A stretch of DNA of 64,000 nucleotides from Macrostomum lignano. Its lineage: Eukaryota. Shown piece by piece: positions 56,870-64,000 of this stretch (the first letter of the stretch is position 1; each line of letters opens with the position of its first letter). The notes beneath the pieces are model-generated. The model made no database searches. It was not told the origin of the DNA and was given only the letters and a program-made list of their open reading frames with translations. The translations under genes and the position numbers were made by a program. The stretch covers positions 186,001 through 250,000 of the forward strand of contig NIVC01000660.1 of the NCBI GenBank assembly GCA_002269645.1, written 5' to 3'.

Positions 56870-57290
56870 ATAAGTGCTTCCTGCTGTAACCAGCATGCAT
56901 TTGTTTGCATACCCTTGGCCATAGAAATACACACTGCATAGTGCTTCTATGCTCACTTAGAAGAAAGCCACAAGTAGAGCTGATCAAGCACAGAGTTGCA
57001 AGACAGCAGTTTGAGGCTGACCGGCAGTTTGTTGCCAACTTACCCAAAGGTGGTTGGCCTTTAACATCTTTAGCCAGCCTCAAACTGTTCAATCCACCTG
57101 TAAACTGTTCGTTGACTGATGGAATTGGGACCATGAATGCAGGTCAGGTTTTCCTGAATTTCAGGGCATTTCTGACCAAGACTCCAAAATGTAAAAATTC
57201 CATGTCTCCACCTTTCTGTAGAGTGACTGTTAGGATCCATGACTGGAACAAATCTTACAGGTGATGTCTGCAATCTTGTTGCTGCTTTTC
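56870..57290 (-). mobile_element. Mariner transposase N-terminal (HTH) fragment
   Basis: WRHGIFTFWSLGQKCPEIQENLTCIHGPNSISQRTVYRWIEQFEAG followed by a degenerate D..R.GRP region. Confidence 0.65.
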
Positions 57291-57499
57291 ATTTCAAACT
57301 GCATTGCCAATATCAAGTTTAGTGCATCTGTAATATAAATTGATTGATGCATTTTCAAAGTAAACTGGCAATATGGCAAGTTTTCTATAGTTATTGCCCT
57401 TGTCAAATGATATTTAGCATGTGCAATTTTTAATGTGCATAATCCCTTAGTTCTTCTCCCCCCAGTCTATCTGTCTGTGAACCCTTGATATGCCTCTGC

Positions 57500-57757
57500 G
57501 ATTTGGCGGCCAATCAAGGAAGTCGCAAAAGTGCCCACCCGAAAAAATACCAAAGTAGTAGTACTAAGTAGCTGACGAGGCATTTTGACCTAATAAGACT
57601 CATAGTTACTCCTGCCGTTTACCCGAAGTTGGGTTAATTTTGCTTTAGGGTTTTTTACATGTACGAGCTAAGTCACATTTTTGGCCAAAAACTACGTCGC
57701 ATTTTTGTTAAAACTAAGTTGCACGGCCGACCGAATTTTGGAGGTTGCGCATGTATG
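57500..57757 (-). mobile_element. Third, one-end-truncated copy of the 28S-fragment MITE
   Basis: TIR TTGCGCATGTATG at 57745-57757. The reverse complement of 57564-57624 is GGGTAAACGGCAGGAGTAACTATGAGTCTTATTAGGTCAAAATGCCTCGTCAGCTACTTAG. Confidence 0.8.
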
Positions 57758-57975
57758 TGTCTCTGTATATTTTTAGAATTTATTCCAACAGGGACAACAT
57801 GAATAATAATTTAAATTAAACAAGTAGATCATCATAACATTGTTATTCATATTGGCTTACATTTTTTAATGCATGGCCTCTAAACCTAATGAATAAAATA
57901 ATTGTCATTGATATTACCAATAAACTGGCTTACTGCAATATTAAGTGAGCATCAAGAGAAAAAAAGCAGACAAGC

Positions 57976-59169
57976 ATGTACACTGTGTCTCACAAGACCA
58001 GCATTAGCAGCACTGGCAAGCAAGAAGAGCATGGCATTGACCTTTACAAAGATGAGATGGTGTCATATGCCTTGGGTGACAAAACTGGCATGACGGTGTC
58101 CCTGCAACTTCCAGAGAAAGTGTGGTACATTGATGGCAAACTTGTACTAACCAACATGCGCCTCGTATTTCTGCCTGTCAGCATTCAGGGCAATTTCTTT
58201 CCTCAAGTGTTTATTAAAGATCGGGCAAATTATTTAAGCATCTATTTGCCTAGCATTGATCACCTGGTGCTGGTGCAGAGTCAGCGCAAGAAAACTAAAG
58301 TGCGCAGCTTCAGTTGTGCCGCGCAGAATTCCAGTCTGCCTAGCAAAGTAGACAAACTCGAGATTAATTGCTGCGATTTTACCAGGTAATTAGGAAAGGT
58401 CAAGTGCAGATTGCAAATATTTTATTTTGATTTTTACTGCGATACTTGTGAGTTTAGTAGACTGTTTTGTCTGTTTTGGTGTCTGAACTAATAAATATTA
58501 TGCTTATTGAGACATGTCACTCTGTCTTAGTGTCTCTTTTGCTACCTGCCTGTCTGTCTGTTTTTTGCTACCTGCCTGTCTGTCTGTTTTTTGCTACCTG
58601 CCTGTCTGTCTGTTTTTTGCTACCTGCCTGTCTGTCTGTTTTTTGCTACCTGCCTGTCTGCCTGTCTGTCTGTTTTTTGCTACCTGCCTGTCTGCCCGTC
58701 TGTCTGTCTTTTTGCTACCTGCCTGTCTGCCTGTCTGTCTGCCTGTCTGTCTGTTTTTTTATACCTGCCTGTCTGTGGCTGTTTTTGCTACCAGTCTGCC
58801 TGTCTGCCTGTCTGTCTGTCTGCATGCCTGTCTGTCTGCCTGTCTGTCTGTCTGCCTGTCTGTCTGTCTGTCTGCCTGTCTGTCTGTCTGCATGCCTGTC
58901 TGTCTGCCTGTCTGCCTGTCTGTCTGTCTGCCTGTCTGTCTGTCTGTCTGTCTGCCTGTCTGTCTGTCTGCATGCCTGTCTGTCTGTCTGTCTGTCTGCC
59001 TGTCTGTCTGTCTGCCTGTCTGTCTGTCTGTCTGCCTGTCTGTCTGTCTGTCTGCCTGTCTATCTGTCTGCCTGTCTATCTGTCTGCCTGTCTGTCTGCC
59101 TGTCTGTCTGTCTGTTTTTGCTTCCTGTCTGTCTGCCTGTCTGTCTGCCTGTCTATCTGTCTGCCTGCC

Positions 59170-59258
<89 letters not shown>

Positions 59259-59522
59259 GCCTGTCTGTCTGTCTGCCTGTCTGTCTGTCTGTCTGTCTGC
59301 CTGTCTGTCTGTCTGCATGCCTGTCTGTCTGCCTGTCTGTCTGTCTGCCTGTCTGTCTGTCTGCCTGTCTGTCTGTCTGTCTGCCTGTCTGTCTGTCTGC
59401 CTGTCTATCTGTCTGCCTGTCTATCTGTCTGCCTGTCTGTCTGCCTGTCTGTCTGTCTGTCTGTCTGTTTTTGCTTCCTGTCTGTCTGCCTGTCTGTCTG
59501 CCTGTCTATCTGTCTGCCTGCC

Positions 59523-59621
<99 letters not shown>

Positions 59622-62600
59622 TTTTGCTTCCTGTCTGACTGTCTGTCTGTCTACGACCCTGTACATCAGTGCTTGGTGCATTTAATCTTATTTGATTAAT
59701 GAATCACCGCATACTACATGCATTTTGCAGGTACAAATTCTGCTTCAACTCGCAGCATAGACAGCGCCGCAGCTTACTGGAGGGCCTCTCGAAAAGCGGC
59801 GCAGGTTCCAGTGGCAGCGGCGGCGGAGGAGGCGGCGGCGGTGGAGGCAGCGCCGGCGGCCGCCCCATGGGCCAGCTGTCGACATTCCCGGACTCTTTGC
59901 GGGCCTCCCTAATAGACGGAATCAGTCGCAGAATGAATCGATACGAGCGCCAGGATGCGGCTTCTCAGCAACAGCAGCAGCAGCAGCAGCAGCAGCAACA
60001 GCCATCAGACGAAATCAGTCGCCTGTTGTCCAATCTGTGCCTATTCGCTTTCGGCTCCCGTCAGGACACGGAGAGCAGCAGCAGCGGCTTGTTTCCATGC
60101 AAGCGAATTGATTACGGAAGTTTCATGATTCAGTGAGCGGATTTTCGACGCAAAAACCTGCATATAGGGGGTTTTTTAAGCGTCGTAAAGCGTTATAAAC
60201 AGTATTTTTGTGGTGTACAGATTTAACTGCAAACCGACTTGCCAGTCTTCGTCTACTGACAAGTAGAAAGTATAGAGTATGACTCGAAAAGCTTACATGG
60301 CGGCCAAGATTGGGTCAAGATTATTCCGAGTAGTATGTGCAGAACTGGAAGTTGCGTTTAGCCTACGATCGGATGTGAAACAAGCACAAAAAGTGTCACC
60401 TCTTAATGAAATGACCTAAAAATCCCATTGAAATATGACCCAAAACTCCCATTGACAAATGACCCAAAACTCCCATTGACAAATGACCCATGATCCCATT
60501 GACAGACAGCCAATAGTCCAAATAGCCAAAATGCCATAGACAAATGCCCAATAATCCCATTGTCAAATACCCCAAATGCCACAGACAAATGCCCAAATAA
60601 TCCCATTGTCAAATACCGAAAATACCACAGACAAATGCCCAATGATCCCATTGTCAAATACCCAAAATACCACAGACAAATGCCCAAATAATCCCATTGT
60701 CAAATACCCAAAATGCCACAGACAAATGCCCAAAAAATCCCATTGTCAAATACCCAAAATACCACAGACAAATGCCCAAATAATCCCATTGTCAAATACC
60801 CAAAATGCCACAGACAAATGCCCAGAAATCCCCTTGTCAAATACCCAAAGTACCACATACAAATGCCCAATGATCCATTGTCAAATACCCAAAATACCAC
60901 AGACAAATGCCCAAATAATCCCATTGTCAAATACCCAAAATACCACAGACAAATGCCCAAATAATCCCATTGTCAAATACCCAAAATGCCACAGACAAAT
61001 GCCCAATGATCCCATTGTCAAATACCCAAAATGCCACAGACAAATGCCCAAATAATCCCATTGTCAAATACCCAAAATACCACAGACAAATGCCCAATAA
61101 TCCCATTGTCAGGCAGTGGTCAGCAGCCGGTCCCATCGCTGACGAGCTCCTATCCAACGGCAGCCGCATAATTGTACCCCTGATTCCTACCAGCTCGCAG
61201 CAGCAGTCGGTGCCAGCTGTTGACAAGGCGGCTATTGAGTACTATCGCGACGGCGGCTATCCGCGCCTAGTGCTGTGCCACTCGGCCACCGTCATCGTGA
61301 TTCGTTCGGCCCGTTCTAAAGACGATTCAATCTCGGAATCGTCTTCGAGTTTTTTTAAACAATCGGTGGAATTTGAAGCCCAGCTAAGAGAATTATATCC
61401 TAATTTGGAAATATTCAATTGCGATCAGAAGTTAGAGCAAATTCGAATAGTTGCTCAAGCCAGGCGGCGGCTTGTGCGGCACTGCGTCACTGCGGCTACC
61501 AGCTCTGATAGCATAAGCTTGGATCGGCTGCGGAAGAATGACTCTGAAGCCAGCTTCTACAGCGGCTTGGAGGTCTGCGGGAGAGTAACAGGCGGAGGGG
61601 ACAGTAGGAAGAAATAGGGTGGTAATGATAATATGGCGCAATAATATGATCCCACAACCACTGCTGACGGCAATCCCGTTGACTCCTTAGCACATACAAG
61701 CGAAGAGTTAGCGAATCTCAATGAGTAGGGCCAGCGGGACTCAGTGAGTAGAGGCAGAATGACCCAATTGAGCTTGAGAAGAGACAGAGTGAGTCAGTTG
61801 AGTTTGAGAAGAGACAGAGTGACTCAGTTGAGTTTGAGAAGAGACAGAGTGACCCAATTGAGTTTGAGAAGAGACAGAGTGACTCAGTTGAGTTTGAGAA
61901 GAGACGGAGTGACCCAATTGAGTTTGAGAAGAGACGGAGTGACCCAATTGAGTTTGAGAAGAGACGGAGTGAGTCAGTGAGTTTGAGAAGAGACGGAGTG
62001 AGTCAGTGAGTTTGAGAAAAGACGGAGTGACCCAATTGAGTTTGAGAAGAGACAGAGTGACCCAATTGAGTTTGAGAAGAGACGAAGTGAGTCAGTGAGT
62101 TTGAGAAGAGACGGAGTGACCCAATTGAGTTTGAGAAGAGACAGAGTGACCCAATTGAGTTTGAGAAGAGACAGAGTGAGTCAGTGAGTTTGAGAAGAGA
62201 CAGAGTGACTCAGTTGAGTTTGAGAAGAGACAGAGTGAGTCAGTTGAGTTTGAGAAGAGACAGAGTGAGTCAGTTGAGTTTGAGAAGAGACAGAGTGACT
62301 CAGTTGAGTTTGAGAAGAGACAGAGTGACCCAATTGAGTTTGAGAAGAGACAGAGTGACTCAGTTGAGTTTGAGAAGAGACAGAGTGACCCAATTGAGTT
62401 TGAGAAGAGACAGAGTGACTCAGTTGAGTTTGAGAAGAGACAGAGTGACCCAATTAAGTTTGAGAAGAGACAGAGTGACCCAATTGAGTTTGAGAAGAGA
62501 CGGAGTGAGTCAGTGAGTTTGAGAAGAGACAGAGTGACCCAATTGAGTTTGAGAAGAGACAGAGTGACCCAATTGAGTTTGAGAAGAGACAGAGTGACCC

Positions 62601-64000
62601 AATTGAGTTTGAGAAGAGACAGAGTGACCCAATTGAGTTTGAGAAGAGACAGAGTGACCCAATTGAGTTTGAGAAGAGACAGAGTGACTCAGTTGAGTTT
62701 GAGAAGAGACAGAGTGACCCAATTGAGTTTGAGAAGAGACAGAGTGACTCAGCTGAGTTTGAGAAGAGACAGAGTGACCCAATTGAGTTTGAGAAGAGAC
62801 AGAGTGACCCAATTGAGTTTGAGAAGAGACAGAGTGACTCAGTTGAGTTTGAGAAGAGACAGAGTGACCCAATTGAGTTTGAGAAGAGACAGAGTGACCC
62901 AATTGAGTTTGAGAAGAGACGGAGTGACCCAATTGAGTTTGAGAAGAGACAGAGTGACCCAATTGAGTTTGAGAAGAGACAGAGTGACCCAATTGAGTTT
63001 GAGAAGAGACAGAGTGACCCAATTGAGTTTGAGAAGAGACAGAGTGACCCAATTGAGTTTGAGAAGAGACGGAGTGAGTCAGTGAGTTGGAGAAGAGACA
63101 GAGTGACCCAATTGAGTTTGAGAAGAGACGGAGTGAGTCAGTGAGTTGGAGAAGAGACAGAGTGACCCAATTGAGTTTGAGAAGAGACGGAGTGAGTCAG
63201 TGAGTTGGAGAAGAGACAGAGTGACCCAATTGAGTTTGATAAGAGACAGAGTGACCCAATTGAGTTTGAGAAGAGACGGAGTGACCCAATTGAGTTTGAG
63301 AAGAGACAGAGTGACCCAATTGAGTTTGAGAAGAGACAGAGTGACCCAATTGAGTTTGAGAAGAGACAGAGTGACCCAATTGAGTTTGAGAAGAGACAGA
63401 GTGACCCAATTGAGTTTGAGAAGAGACGGAGTGACCCAATTGAGTTTGAGAAGAGACAGAGTGACCCAATTGAGTTTGAGAAGAGACAGAGTGACCCAAT
63501 TGAGTTTGAGAAGAGACAGAGTGACCCAATTGAGTTTGAGAAGAGAGAGTGAGTCAGTCAGTGAGTTGAGAAGAGACAAATACTAGTAAAACAAATGGGA
63601 AGTCACGAATAAAAGCAGTGACTAAGAATATAAAATATGGATATGAAGCTATGCGTTTGAGACTGCAGTTTCAGCATATACAGCCGCTATATCTCATACC
63701 GCCACTCCCCAAAACCGCTCAAAAGGCCACGGGCTGGTTACGCCTGGTGCACCAGTGCCTGGACACGGCGGCCCAACTGGCCCAGGATGTGCAACAACGA
63801 AACAAGACAATTTGGCTTGTTGAATCCACTGACAGAGACTGGAACTGTCTGTTGGCCAGCTTGATTCGCCTAATGCTGTGTCCGGAATCGCGCAGTCTGG
63901 CTGGTTTTCAACAGCTCGTCCAGCTTGAATGGGTCAGTAGGCATCCATTCAGGACTAGGCTGCTTAATCTCGGACAGATGGACGAGGTGGACGATTCGGC
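57976..64000 (+). CDS. Myotubularin-related pseudophosphatase, MTMR10/11/12-like (3' incomplete)
   Basis: Exons 57976-58385, 59731-60132, 61113-61572, 63726-end, with consistent phases. PH-GRAM segment GKLVLTNMRLVF...LEINCCDFTRYKF; LE|ATGWLRLVHQCL; LVESTDRDWNCLLASLIRLMLCPESRSLAGFQQLVQLEWV, where the catalytic HCSDGWDRT motif is replaced. Confidence 0.85.
58530..59652. repeat. (CTGT)n/(CTGC) microsatellite tract in MTMR intron 1
   Basis: Direct reading; source of the CLSV ORFs. Confidence 0.97.
60410..61112. repeat. Intronic minisatellite, 45-46-bp unit (cccattgtcaaatacccaaaatgccacagacaaatgcccaaataat), MTMR intron 2
   Basis: About 13 units; the last partial unit forms the acceptor. Confidence 0.93.
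61745..63585. repeat. Intronic minisatellite, 30-bp unit (gagtttgagaagagacagagtgacccaatt), MTMR intron 3
   Basis: About 60 units, punctuated by 29-bp variants (gagtcagtgag). Confidence 0.97.

Noticed and set aside
58467-59699. Long CLSV/QTDR ORFs (also 33510-33994)
   Set aside because: These are translations of (CTGT)n microsatellites inside modelled introns.
61741-63586. SLRRDRVTQL / HSVSSQTQLG repeat ORFs
   Set aside because: They come from a 30-bp intronic array between phase-compatible MTMR exons.

Overview
This is eukaryotic (animal) genomic DNA with GT-AG spliceosomal introns, most of them filled by a minisatellite specific to that intron. The style resembles a repeat-rich flatworm such as Macrostomum; the taxon is my inference. 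Reading splice junctions by hand gave these in-frame gene models: a 9-exon bacterial/fungal-type GH63 (MGH1/YMR196W-like) glucosidase, a KIF14-like kinesin, two tandem small cysteine-rich single-pass receptors (one with a 1-nt frameshift), a NOL7/U3-snoRNP-like protein, a serine beta-lactamase-family hydrolase, NAA20, an intronless DEG/ENaC channel nested antisense in NAA20 intron 1, and an MTMR10/11/12-like pseudophosphatase that runs off the end. Mobile DNA includes a deleted Ty3/Gypsy LTR element with a 5-bp TSD, two mariner relics, a tRNA-derived SINE family and a probable Helitron. The most unusual item is a 265-bp MITE (13-bp TIR, 8-bp TSD; three copies, two truncated). It carries about 62 nt of 28S rRNA spanning helix 69 and the R2/I-PpoI target, with well-conserved flanks and an altered cleavage core. 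Most long ORFs in the supplied track are repeat artefacts. All family assignments come from recognised motifs, not database searches, and repeat boundaries are approximate.
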